A stretch of DNA of 63,913 nt, the filler included, from Reticulomyxa filosa (Eukaryota > Protista > Foraminifera): NCBI GenBank assembly GCA_000512085.1. It is 17 parts of 17 records of this genome, joined end to end, with 100 filler letters (N's around TTAATTAATTAA, not from the genome) between each part and the next. Parts side by side here need not be neighbours in the genome. Positions count along the whole stretch, not along the records: positions 47,287 to 53,505 come from ASPP01007229.1; positions 53,606 to 56,400 come from ASPP01014077.1; positions 56,501 to 57,500 come from ASPP01047113.1; positions 57,601 to 61,362 come from ASPP01019471.1; positions 61,463 to 62,772 come from ASPP01014739.1; positions 62,873 to 63,913 come from ASPP01015005.1; 11 more parts are not named here. One strand, given 5' to 3'. The position numbers and the translations under genes are program-made. This document shows positions 52,030 through 63,913 of the stretch, in pieces; the first letter of the stretch is position 1, and every line of letters begins with the position of its first letter. A model generated the notes under the pieces. That model was not told the DNA's origin. It made no database searches and worked only from the letters and a program-made list of their open reading frames with translations.

Positions 52030-53445
52030 CTAACTTTGGAATATTAGTTAGTACTATTGTTGGAACATTAGTTGGTAACAAAGTTGGAGCATTGGTGGGA
52101 ACTCTGGTAGGACGACGATTATGTTTACGAGTTGGCCTTCTTGTCGTTGTCTTTGTTGGCGACAACATTGGTACCTTATTCAATCATTTTTATCATCAAA
52201 TGCATTTTTATAAAAATCATAAAAAGAATGGAGTGTGTATATAATCACAAACAAACATTTACTTGGTGATAATCTCGTTGGAATATTAGTTGGTCGTTTG
52301 GTATGTGATCTTGTTGGACCATTGGTTGGTCTTCTTGTTAGTATTGTTGGTAACAAGGTGGAGCCCTATATTTAAAAAAAAAATGTAGCCATTTGTTTTG
52401 TAACATTTTCATTAGAAAAACAAAAAAAGAAATTATAATTGTTAAAAAATATACTTTGTGGGGCTATGTCTTGAAAGACGAGTAAATCTGGTGTTGATCT
52501 TTTAGTTGGTAACAAAGTTGAAGCATTGGTAGGAATTTTGGTTGGAGGACAAGTGGGTCTACGAGTTGGACTTCTTGTTGGAAAACGAGTAGGCGTCTTT
52601 GTCGGCACTTTTGTTGAAGGTCTGGTTAGCACCTTTGTTGGGACTCTATTTTGTACATGTTCACAAAAAAAAAATTGATAAATTTGTGGGAGGTAAAAGA
52701 AAAAAACGAGTACGCACTCGGTAGGACGAGGAGTCGGTCCACGAGTTGGTTTTTTGGTTGGTAATTTTCTTGGAAGTTTGGTGGGTATTCTTGTTGGCAA
52801 CAAGGTTGGGAGCAAAGTTGGAGCCATTAATGGGGACTCTGGTAGGACGACGAGTATGTCTACAAGTTAGCCTTTTTTTTGGTAGGCAATTGTGTTGAAG
52901 GTCTAGTTGGTACCCTATTCAATCATTTTTATAAAAATCATAAAAAGAATGGAGTGTATATGTAATCACAAACAAACACTTACTTGGTGGCAATCTGTTG
53001 GAACATTAGTTGTTCGTTTGGTATGTGATCTTATTGGAACATTGGTTGGTCTTCTTGTTGGTAACAAAGTTGGAGCCTTGGTAGAAACTTTGGTTGGATG
53101 AAGAGTTTGTCGTCGGGTTAGTTTGTGAGTTGGCAATCTTGTAGTTGTCCTTGTTTGTCGTCTTGTTGGAACTCGAGTTGGTACTTGTGTTGGAATCAAA
53201 GTTGATGCCAAAGTAGGAGTCCTTTTTGTATTCATACACACAAATTTTATTTAGAAAAGCGTTTGTCATAATATCAATAAACAAATTGCTAACTTTGATG
53301 GCGATAGAGTTGGATGTCTGGTAGGCCTACGAATTGGTCGTCGGATTGGTCTGTGAGTCGGCAATTTTGTAAGTGTCCTTGTTGGTTGTCTTGTTGGAGG
53401 TCGAGTTGGTACTTTTGTTGGTGATAAAGTTGGAAACCTTCTAAA
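52030..53445 (-). pseudogene. PTxx-repeat (mucin/extensin-like) protein, multi-exon, probably degenerate
   Basis: Repeated PTRRPT/PTKVPT/APTLLPT in several ORFs; duplicated exon-intron units; frame disruptions. Confidence 0.65.
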
Positions 53446-53628
53446 TATTTCATTATCAATTTTTTTTTTAAATAGTTTTTGATTTCGCACTCCAAAATAA
53501 CAATTNNNNNNNNNNNNNNNNNNNNNNNNNNNNNNNNNNNNNNNNNNNNTTAATTAATTAANNNNNNNNNNNNNNNNNNNNNNNNNNNNNNNNNNNNNNN
53601 NNNNNATATATATATATATATATTGCAC

Positions 53629-56347
53629 CTACTTGATTCCGAGCAATGCACTATAGCGTTCTCGATCTTGCTCTGTTGCACAATGGGTCACAATAAAATG
53701 TCTCAATTCTTTCAATTCATCAATTGCTGCTTGCTGGGCAAAGGAGTTGCTATACTTTTGTATGGATAACAGCTTGTGCTCTATCCATTGGTTACTATCA
53801 TTCCATTCCTTCTCCTTATTCAGAGGATCTTCTTTTCCACTTTCGATCATTCGCGCTTTCTCTTGTTCGTCGCACACCGCCTTTGGAGATTGCTTTGCTA
53901 TCTCATTCCACGCATTGTATCGCCATGGGTCATTGCTGTTGCTGATATTGTAATCACACAATAGTTGAACAAATGACTCCACTGGAAAGTGCTCCATGCG
54001 CGCACGCCATTGCAATACTATATACTTTGCACCTTCCAAATCGTGCTTGTACATGCATGTCGATAGCATATCACTGAACAAGGATTGATTTAATATTATA
54101 TTCGATTTTTCCAAAAATTCCAATAATTTCTTTTTTTCCCCCCCCCCCACCAAAAAAAAGAAATTTCTAATACTTTCATGGATTTTTTTTTTTTTGTCTG
54201 ATATATGCTTTGGGTGAAATGAAAAAAAAAAATACACACTACCTCCACTGAAATTTGATGGTTGGAGTTTTTCCATGCTAACAATACCAATGACAATAGT
54301 GTAGCACTTTGTAAATACTCATCATTGTTCATCATTGTTTTCAATATTTCAATCGAGTCGTTCCATCGCTGACATGCCATACACTCCTTCAAATAGTCTT
54401 CATATTTTGTAGATTTGGGCTCATTTTGTGGAACAATTGCACTTTCAGATGGATTTTTAGTTAAATTAACATCGTTTTGAGAGGTCCTTGAGAAGAAGTG
54501 CACGTTTATCAACGCTTGAGTCGCTTTGAGACTTAATGAAGGATTGCAAACCAATAGCATATTCTTGAACCACACAAGGCGGAAGTAAACTGATCTGGAA
54601 AGCATTGATAATAAATCATCAAGTTTTTTTTTTTTCTCTAAGAGATCCCTGTGCACACGAAATCTTTTGAATAGAAAAAGGTTGAATCAAAAGAAAGCCT
54701 AAGCAATAGCGTGAAAAAGTACAAAACAAGACCAAGCAACACGAAGCAAAGAGAACAAACAAGACAAAAACAAAGACGAGTCAATGCACAATTGATAAAA
54801 TAAGAAATTTTCTACGACGTATTTATTACTTTTGTACAGGTGGTTGTTGTAGCTGTGACTGTGTATTTTTAAATTCTTGAGCCAGTTCTTTGATTTGATT
54901 CAAACACTCAGTACTCAGTTTTTTGGTGTCGAACAACAACAGCAGTGACTCTTCTACATTTGGAGTTTGGCACAAGTTGGCAATGGGTTTGATCCCATAG
55001 CCACATTTGAAATAATCATTTGGCAAGTCAGTGAACATGGACAACAAGGGAACGGAATGACGGCAAATGTCCAAAAAAGACTGAACCTTTTCGTCTTGAA
55101 GAGAATTCCGCAGAAGTAATTTTCGTGTCGTCCGAATGTCGTTCAAGCAATGACCAATATTGTGAACCTCATCTTTTTCGCGACAAATTTTGGAGTGCCA
55201 GTAATCGAGCACAGCAAGAGAAGTGAGGGGTGCCAGTTTGTACGTAACATAATTTTTTTGTCCACTGCTGTCGCCCTTGTGAGCAAGTTTGAACATATTA
55301 AAAGTCTCATTAGTCATTGGCAGTAGCAGCTTCACATAGCCTTTGTGACTCGAATTGAGCCAATGTTCGATGGCATTGAGTTGGAAACGAATGTGTTCAA
55401 GAGTGTCAAAGACATGATGGAGTTCGTCCAAAATGACCAAGACGTGTTTGGGATTGTGTTCGATGAGACTGTCGTAACGTTTCGAGATAACAGACTTGCG
55501 AATAGTGCCGTGTTTGTATCGGATTTCATCCGCCAAAGCAATGGAAGAATCGATATATTTGCAGTTGAGATAGATAATTCCCCCATCAAATTTGGTATCC
55601 CACCAATTTCTGGAAAAAAAATCGGCCGCCATCAAAGCGACGTGTGTTTTGCCAGAGTTCCTTTCTCCGAGAAGCACAACAACAGGACGCTCTTCCAATT
55701 GAATATCACTATCCAACTGTTCTAATTGTCGTTCATACAAACTTTGATAGTTTTTCATAAAGCCGTCTTTGAAGCAATCGTTGAGTTTCAGCTTTTGAAG
55801 CTGTGCGTCGTCGCGAATAGGTTGCAAGTAGTTGATCAGGATGTAAATATCGCATCTACGCTGTTCGATGGTTATGCTTTTGTCGACGTGGGGTAGCAGG
55901 GACCCGGGTTTTTCCGGGGATGACCATTTGCCAGACCTCCAGTTAAAATCTTTTGCTTTTTTGCGTCGCAAGGTGGCGGAGGTCCTCAACTCAAACTTTT
56001 TTTCAGCCTCATGGGGTAGGTCGGGACGACAACAAGTCGTCTTCTCCTCTTTCTCCGTAGTGGTGGTGGATACGTTGTAATGGAAACAACACTGTTGATG
56101 CGGACATTTGCTGCTGTGCAAATGCGCGCAGCAACATTCGACATGGTAGTCTCGGAACTCGGTCGCGTTTTTCGTATTTTCAAACGATTGAAAAATGCTC
56201 TGATAGTGAAATAGCTGTTCGTAAAAGTACACTGCAAATTTCACGGCGTTGGTGTCACTTATTTTGACATTATCATTCACGCATATCACATTGGGAACTC
56301 CTATTGACATTTAATAATTTTTCACACTCGAAAAATCGCAACAAATA
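53629..56347 (-). CDS. CHAT-like domain end + Cys/His cluster + STAND (NB-ARC-like) P-loop NTPase + helical repeats, 5'-truncated
   Basis: GVPNVICV..ISDTNAVKFAVYFYEQL..SIFQSF (CHAT C-terminus), CCCAHLH..CCRPDLPH, Walker A GERNSGKT, FDGGIIYLN, Walker B VLVILDE. Confidence 0.7.
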
Positions 56348-56500
56348 ACATTCAAAAAGTATGTTGTGTGTGTGTGTGTGTGTGTACCTGCTATTGATAC
56401 NNNNNNNNNNNNNNNNNNNNNNNNNNNNNNNNNNNNNNNNNNNNTTAATTAATTAANNNNNNNNNNNNNNNNNNNNNNNNNNNNNNNNNNNNNNNNNNNN

Positions 56501-57500
56501 GACTCGACATACTGTGCAAGCAATTTTCGCGCTTTTTCTGCCAATGGCGAAGAAATGTTGTATCGTCGACACGCTCTTACTGCTCTTGCCAATCTCTCAA
56601 AGAATAGCTCTGGTTCATCGAGTGAGTTTGGATCGGTACTAATCAATTCTTCCAATGTCTCATTCATTTTTCGTTTTTCCATGATGATGGAGCGCTTTAA
56701 TTCTATTATTTTATGTTCACCAGCACGATACAACATCATCGTTTTGCCTTCTCTAATATTTTCACGATTCATGTTCAAAAACTTGAGAATATCTGTGCAT
56801 CCTGTTCGTCCGGATCCGCAACTTCGCCCAGCCTCTTCCAAGATGCACTTGTATCTTTCAGCAAATTCTCCATGTTTCAAACGAAATGGAAATCCTGCTT
56901 TACGGATTTTGACAGCTTCAAACACTCCCGAATACGTGAGCTGTTCAAAGCAACTTCGTGGCACAAAGTACAGTGGCTCTTTGTCTTCATTCGGCTTAAT
57001 ACATCGAATGTAATGAGGTTGCGTTGACTGCAAAGTTTTCATCAAGGCACCTAATTGGGTGCGGAATTGCAAACTCAATGTTGCTTTTCGCTGTCCTGCG
57101 CTCATATCTCCGACATCCTTCGGGAACAAAACTCGAACCATGTGCTCTTTCGACTTGTCCAACATCATCAATAAGCCTCTATCCAACTCATCCTTGTTCT
57201 TTTCAATAAATCCTCGAACATCATATACGACATCGCCGGCGTAATGAGACAAAATGAAGGCCATGGTATCTTTTCCATTGTCTTTGAAATATTGGTTTGA
57301 TCCATGACAATCAGTTAATTTGGCTCGGAACTTTTCTTCGCTTCCTCCAGGTGTTTTTCCTTCTTCGTCCAACAATGGCAGCATTCCCTTTGGTTTTTCT
57401 TCAATCATATTTAAGATGGGCTCATTGTCAATAAATGGGACATGATCAAAACCAATGGCCTCGGATTGATAAACCTTTTCTTCTTGTTTAAACACGGTAA
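56501..57500 (-). CDS. Myosin motor domain (internal fragment)
   Basis: FKQEEKVY..EAI, LLDEE, HYAGDVVY..FIEKNKD, TQPHYIRCIKPN, QLTYSGVFEAVKIRKAGFPFR. Confidence 0.97.
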
Positions 57501-58339
57501 NNNNNNNNNNNNNNNNNNNNNNNNNNNNNNNNNNNNNNNNNNNNTTAATTAATTAANNNNNNNNNNNNNNNNNNNNNNNNNNNNNNNNNNNNNNNNNNNN
57601 AGCCGCAGCCCTCTGTCCAAAAATAAAAAAAACAAATTATACGTGTCCACCATCCAAAGAAAAACTCAGGGGTTGAAGCTATCCCCGTGTTCAAAAAAAA
57701 ACTAAAAGGTTTATTTTTTTTTTTTTTAGTTTTTTTAATAAAGTATACGTGTGTTTTTGAATAGGCATGCCCCCATCAAAAAATAAAAATGTTTGTCTCC
57801 CTCCATTCACAACGCAAAAGAAAAAAAATGTAGGAATTGGAATGAGAGCTTTGAGCTCCAAGTCAAAGTATGTTTGTTTTTTTTAAATGAAACAATTTAC
57901 TTTGTGAATGTGCATATAGGAGTCAAGATCAAGACAATTTTGGAAAGTTTTTATGTTTTTTTATTTTTATTTTTGTTTATATTTGAGAGGGAAAAAATTG
58001 ATGGGAAAAGTGGGGAAAAAGATGAGAAAAAAAAATGAAAAAATTAAGGTGAAAAATGTAGAAAAAATTTTGTTTAAGAAAAGTGAAAAAGAATTAGAAA
58101 ATGAAAAAATAAAAAAGAATTCGAAAATAAAAAAAATGAGAAATGTTCAAAAATGAAAAAAAAATTGGCAATTTGAAAAAAAAAAAATCAAAAAGGAAAA
58201 AATAAAAAGATAAAAAAAAAGAGAAAAATGCAAAAGGGAAAAGGGGTAAAAATGAAGAATAAGAAAAATGAAAGAAAAAGAAAAAGAGCTGCTCAATTTA
58301 GTGGAGGAGTTGTGCGAACCTCCATCAAAACATTACCAA

Positions 58340-61300
58340 GTAAGATAATGGTATTATTATGAGAAGGAAGAGGACGCGGAGAAAAAGGGAGCATCGAAAC
58401 AATATCGCGTTGGATCTTTTTTTAAAAAAAACTTGTCGATAAATTTGATGTGTGGATATGTACTAGCTCTTCAAGCCAGCGAGTGGAGACTTCGTGTTTA
58501 CAGACATGAACTATTTTATCATAGAACGATCAGTCAAAGATAATAAACAAGTTGTGGAATGTCAAGAACTGGTAATCGAAACAATTGGAAATAACTCGAT
58601 CATCAACATATGTGCGCACAAGTCTATTGCGCTTTTTCACTCCAACAATTATCCGCAAAGATGGCGCCGAAGTGCTATTTACAAACTTCAAAGAACAAGA
58701 GAAAATTGTCGTTAAGAAAATGACGATAACTATTAGTGTAGTGTGCGTGAGCACATTCGCGACTTGGATTTTTGATCGTAAGTATGCTGCTGATGTGATA
58801 AATCGTTGGTCCTCCAGAAAAGAAGCAAATTCGCCAAAAAGAAAAAAAAGAGTGTTATATCGTGCAAAGTGGTGGAGAAGATGTTGAAACTCAGCCAAGA
58901 CACCAGCAAGAAGATGAATATTCAGAGGAGGAGGGTGGACAGAAGAAAATCTCGAAGTTACATCGCTTTGGATTTGTTTTTTAAAAGACAACTGTCTGCT
59001 AGCTTTCTAAGCTTTGTTATAGAAATTTTCAGTCGTCTCAGAAACGTGCAAAGTCGCCACTTGCAGGTGTGAACTAACCCACATAGCGTGCTCCAGTGAA
59101 AGATGAAGAACTAGCGTTGATTGGCAACCTGAAGCATTGAAAAGAATTTGCTCACCATCAACATCATCACGCAAGTCTATGCAAATAATTGTTGACTTGC
59201 ATATCGCCAAAGAGAGCGCCCAACTGCAATCTGCCGGCGTCAAAAACAATGTAACCTCAATTGTTATGAAAATTGCGCTAATTTTATGAACGCAAAAAAA
59301 AAAAAGAAACTTGTTATATCGTACATTCGCAACTTTGAAGTTTGTATCGTGCATATGCCGATAAGAGAAGCGAATACGCCCAAGAATGGAAAAAAAAAAA
59401 TAAGAATGGTACTATCTCAATCGTCAAATAATCAATTGAAACTTTGGATAAACTGGAAATATCCGTGCAAACTGTGTATCTCATTATAAATGGCGATGAT
59501 GTTTTTCAATTATGAAGTCAATCAGCCACCGTTGATCAAATTTTTCTAGATCAATCCCGGATAATCGATGTCTTGGTGTCGCCAGACGAAAGCAAGCTCA
59601 TCAAATAGAAAAAAAAAAAGAAGTTGTGAATGTGCAAAGTAGAAAAGATGGTATTGCAATGGTGTCAGAGAAGAAGTGGAAATGGAGGAATTTGTTAAAA
59701 AATGCACACTCAGAGCGATCGAGAAAACCATCACCACATCGGGAGAATTGTTTCATGTGATAGCGGTTCATTTAGTGGAGGATGAGCTGTGCAAAACTCA
59801 GTCAACACAGCAGCAAGCAAGGAGAAAAAGATGGTGAGTAGGACGATGAAGAGAAGAAAAAAAATGGTAAGTAAGTGTCGCTTTGAATTTGTTTTTTTAA
59901 AAAAAAATCAATAGTCAAATGGCTTTGTTGAGTTTTGCCACAGAAGTTCTTCATACCCAGAAACGCGCAAAGTCGCCACTCGCGGGCGTGGTTTAACTTT
60001 ACATATCGCGCCCCAATGAAAAACTCTTAAAGAGTGCGGCGATTTCAAGCAGTGGCAGCCTGAAGCATTGTAAAAAGAGTTTTGCTATTAACACAGGCGC
60101 ACAAAAGTTTCTACTGATAATGGTTGAACGCGGCACAACGCCAAAGAAGCTGCCGAACTTCAATTTATCGGCGCCAATGAACAAGAAGCAATTGATCGTT
60201 ATGAAAATTGTGCTATTTTGTTAACACAGAGATTGGGCACTAGTGCCAAAACTTGTTGTGTGTGCGCGTGCACATTCGCAACTTTGTGTTTTGGATCGTG
60301 CTTATACTGATGGGGGGAAACCTTGAACTCATGAGGCATTGGACATTGTTAAAGAAAGCTAGTTATATTTTCCGAGTCCGTCGTTGCAAGAGTTGTATGC
60401 CTTGCGTTTGTCGAACAAACGCATGTTATCTTTGCCGAACTGCCTCCGGGGATCAACTTTGAGTTGCTCACGACGTGTTGGATGGCAATCAAGAAAGCAA
60501 GAAGTGGAAAACGAAGAAGAAATGAACGTGAACATGGTCAAAAAATATTCGACATTGCGATCGAGCAACCACTACATCGAGGGAATCACCCTATGTAAGA
60601 ATGCTTTGATTTAGCTGTGTCAAAATTCCAAGATATTGGCAAGAAAGAAGAGAAAGAGTAGGATGGTGATGAAGAGAAGAAAAATAATATCAAGCCTGTA
60701 TCAAGTTGGATTTGTTTAAAGGAAAAAAAAAAAAAAAAAAAAAAAGTTGACCGACTTTATTGGAATTGGTAATTGATTTGCTCTTTTAATCTTACGTCCG
60801 CGAGTGGCGATTTTGCGTGTTTCGATACGTACGTGCGCCAATGGAAAGTGTTAAACAAGTATGGCAATGTCTAGCAGTGGTAGTCCGAAGTATTTCAAAG
60901 AACTTGTTTACATTCAGCGTAAACAGACATAAGTGCCACGCCAACAATTAGCCTCAAAGATGGTATCGAACTGCGAGCTACTAGTGCCAACGAACGAACA
61001 ATGGAAACTTGGTCGTAATTGAAATGGCGCGCTCATTTTATAAACTCAGGACAACAAACGAAACTGGTTGTATGCGTGCGCAAATGCGCAAATGTTGGAT
61101 TTTGAATCATGCGCGTGCTGATGGGAAGAATGGTAAACTCACAGGCAACATTGAATATTAATGATTCGTGAATAGATAGCGATTGTTGCATTTTCTAAAA
61201 CTCCATCATTGCAAGAATTGTGTCTTGCGTTTATTAGCAAACGCATATTATATTTACCGAACTGCCTGCTGGATCGACTATTGACCACAGGCGACGTGTT

Positions 61301-61350
61301 GGATGGCACTCAAGAAAACAAGAAAGGAGAATAACAGCGAATACGTCAAA
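58340..61350 (+). pseudogene. Tandem array of ~4 diverged, degenerate coding-like units (0.6-0.9 kb)
   Basis: Recurrent motifs: GAAGAGAAGAAAA..TTGGATTTGTTT-like near 58370, 58930, 59840, 60660; CACATTCGC..TTGGAT..TCGT-like near 58750, 59320, 60270, 61080. Confidence 0.65.
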
Positions 61351-61949
61351 AAAAAAAAAAAANNNNNNNNNNNNNNNNNNNNNNNNNNNNNNNNNNNNNN
61401 NNNNNNTTAATTAATTAANNNNNNNNNNNNNNNNNNNNNNNNNNNNNNNNNNNNNNNNNNNNATTAAAATTTTACTACTGAAGCAATAAACTGGAATAAA
61501 AGAATAAGCCTTGTATCATTCGTAGTCTTTGAGAAAAATCAAATATTTTTTTTAAAAGTATCTACGTGACTTGAAGATTCCTAAAATGAAAACAAAAAGA
61601 TTTAAAAATTTATTAATTTTAATAAAGTGCAAATGATACGCATTCTCGCAGAATTTTCAAAAATCATTTGAAATAATGTTGATTTCATCAAACAAAAAAA
61701 AGTTATTAAAAAAACAATATCATATTTAAAAACTACAATATTTATAGATGTTTTTAAAAAAATTATGTCTAAATGTTGATTTTTCATGGATAAAATTAAT
61801 TATAATCATAAGATATCGTTTTAAGCGTTCAGTTTTCTTTGCAACATACTGTAGTACAAATAAATTCTTAAAAATGTGAATAGTCATTTGAAAAATAACA
61901 AAAAAGATTAAAGACATGGAAACGTTTAAATAAAAAGTAACACTGCCTT

Positions 61950-62051
61950 AAAAAAAAAAAGGTGGAAAAAATCCCAAAAAAAAGATTAGGCCAGGCGAAG
62001 CAATCTTCGCCTGGCCCAATCTTTTTTTTGATTTTTTCACCTTTTTTTTTT
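61950..62051. repeat. ~100-bp near-perfect inverted repeat (hairpin)
   Basis: A-tract-GGTGGAAAAAATC..AAAAAAAAGATT-GGCCAGGCGAAG(CAAT)CTTCGCCTGGCC-AATCTTTTTTTT-GATTTTTTCACC-T-tract. Confidence 0.92.
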
Positions 62052-62872
62052 GAACGTAAAAATGATGGGAAAAAATGAAGTTTTATAGGATCATGGTAAT
62101 GCTAACTATCTATTTATCGTAGAAACGTTCTGATTTCAACCTTAATTGTATTTGGCGATAGTTATCAAACTTGTAGTGCAGTATTTATTTGTTGCGTTTA
62201 TATTTTCCTTTGATTTAACTTTTTTGATGAAAATCGCTTTGCACAATGCAATAGTTTTATTTTGATATTGATAAACTTGAAACTGGAAGTATTTACTAAA
62301 ATCAAACGTCGAAAATACCATATTAAAATGATAATGCTAGCAAATCATTGTTTTGATTACTTGAAAGTCAAAAAGTGAAAGAAAAGTGGAATTTTTTATT
62401 AAACACGATATATAAACGACTCACAAAATGTAGTGGGAAAAACGACAGAGAAATAAACACAGTAAGCGTTTCTCGATAGAAAAAAAAAGAGGAAGGGGAA
62501 AAAAAAAGTAGAAAGTTTCAATTCGGGTTTTGACGCTTCCATTCATTGGAATATTCAAGTATCCATTCATGGAGCAAAGAAGTAAACTCCTCTTTTTTGA
62601 TAGATGTTTTAGTGACCATTTTTGTTTCGACAACCCAATTTCTTACTATCTTTAATTCCTCTTTCATTGCTTGCTTATTAATTTCCACATTGTTTTGTTT
62701 CTGAGCCTTTTTTTTTTATAAATAAACAATAACATGAGTCGAAATAATGGATCAGATTATAAAAAAAAAAAANNNNNNNNNNNNNNNNNNNNNNNNNNNN
62801 NNNNNNNNNNNNNNNNTTAATTAATTAANNNNNNNNNNNNNNNNNNNNNNNNNNNNNNNNNNNNNNNNNNNN

Positions 62873-63590
62873 CCTGCTTCAGCTCTTCGAGGTTGGCTTC
62901 GCTGACGGCGGCTTCGTCGACAGCTTCGTCTTCTTCGTCTTCGTCTTCTTCTTCGTCCAGCTCGGTGTCTTCTACCACCGGCTCGGCAAATTCCACGGCG
63001 GCTTCGGCGGTGTCGGCTTCGGGGTCGATCATGCCGTCGATCACTTCGTCGATGCGCAGTTCGCCGGCTTCTACCTTGTCGATCAGGGCCAGTACCTCTG
63101 CCACGGAGCCCGGGCAGGCGGACAGCGCCTGGATCATGAACTTCAGGCCTTCCTCGATGCGCTTGGCGATGACGATCTCGCCTTCACGGGTCAGCAGCTC
63201 TACCGAACCCATTTCGCGCATGTACATGCGCACCGGGTCGGTGGTGCGGCCGAACTCGGAGTCCACGCTGGAGAGGGCGGCTTCGGCTTCTTCCACTGCG
63301 TCTTCGTCGGCCACGGCAGGGGTGGCGTCGGACATCAGCAGGGTTTCGGCATCGGGTGCCTCATCGTATACCTGGATGCCCAGGCCACCGATCATGGTGA
63401 CGATGTTTTCGATCTGTTCGGCGTCGGAGACGTCTTCGGGCAGGTGGTCGTTAATCTCTGCATACGTGAGATAGCCACGTTCCTTGCCCAGAGCAATCAG
63501 CTGGCGCAGGCGTTTCCGCTGCTCTTCCAGGCTCATTGGCTCGGTTGCCGGTTCGTTGTTCTGTTTCTTGGTGTCGGGAGATGCCGCCAT
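62873..63590 (-). CDS. rpoD: RNA polymerase sigma-70 factor, N-terminal part (bacterial contig)
   Basis: GKERGYLTYAEINDHLP (region 1.1), GRTTDPVRMYMREMGSVELLTREGE..IAKRIE (region 1.2); GC-rich; AGGA SD upstream. Confidence 0.98.
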
Positions 63591-63628
63591 TTGGTTTCCT
63601 GCTCGAAAAAAGCCGAAAAAAACAATTG

Positions 63629-63637
63629 ATTATATCA
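63629..63637 (-). promoter_or_regulatory. Putative extended -10 sigma70 promoter upstream of rpoD
   Basis: Minus strand reads TGaTATAAT about 40 nt upstream of the rpoD ATG. Confidence 0.55.
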
Positions 63638-63663
63638 CAGCTACGTGTAACTAACCGAGCTCG

Positions 63664-63913
63664 CTACCCTGAGGTTGGCCGCATGCGGCGGGTGAGCAGG
63701 GTGCGCAGGAGCTGTAGCTCTTCTGCAGTGAGGTGCTCGTACCCCTTGCTGGAGAGGGTGGAGACCAGTTCGTCGTCGTAGCGGTCCATCAGCCGGGCAA
63801 AGCCCAGCCTGAAACTTTCCTTGTCGTGCTCGTCCGGGTTGGCAAATTCTTCCGGCTCGCGCAGCGACTCGTGCAATACCGAGTCGATCATGGTTTCGTG
63901 CTCGGTATGGCGG
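63664..63913 (-). CDS. dnaG: DNA primase C-terminal (DnaB-binding) region, 5'-truncated
   Basis: Position directly upstream of rpoD (conserved dnaG-rpoD order); ends LTAEELQLLRTLL like DnaG tails. Confidence 0.7.
   Translation of the reverse strand, partial: RHTEHETMIDSVLHESLREPEEFANPDEHDKESFRLGFARLMDRYDDELVSTLSSKGYEHLTAEELQLLRTLLTRRMRPTSG

Noticed and set aside
62893-63474. 193-aa Ser-rich plus-strand ORF
   Set aside because: Antisense shadow of GC-rich rpoD.

Overview
This window is not one locus. It is 17 unrelated contigs joined by 16 artificial 100-nt spacers (N44-TTAATTAATTAA-N44). Sixteen contigs are AT-rich, intron-containing eukaryotic DNA. Their gene content and style (short GT-AG introns with poly-T and (TA)n tracts, expanded Kelch/NACHT families) suggest a rhizarian protist such as the foraminiferan Reticulomyxa; this is an inference. 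Recognisable genes include an ENTH protein, a Coa1/Tim21-like protein, a RecQ C-terminus, START, MYND, a NACHT N-terminus, SCYL1, Fe-SOD, a dual-specificity phosphatase, a sterol desaturase-family enzyme, RalGAP-beta, a TBC RabGAP, a syntaxin-like SNARE, PSMD3/Rpn3, an aquaporin, a WIPI/ATG18 protein, Kelch, formin, an atypical TxH MAPK, a CHAT-STAND protein and myosin. The last contig is GC-rich betaproteobacterial DNA (dnaG-rpoD). The most striking object is contig 10775-13922, a ~3.15-kb palindrome with 1.35-kb arms and a 444-bp spacer. Read along the minus strand, it carries a type I hammerhead-ribozyme-like fold with a non-canonical core, then remnants of a non-LTR reverse transcriptase, then a restriction-like endonuclease remnant. 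It is therefore a candidate hammerhead-capped RLE-type retroelement folded back on itself. Many conserved genes have single-base deletions in homopolymers, most likely sequencing errors. Coordinates of spliced genes are approximate.
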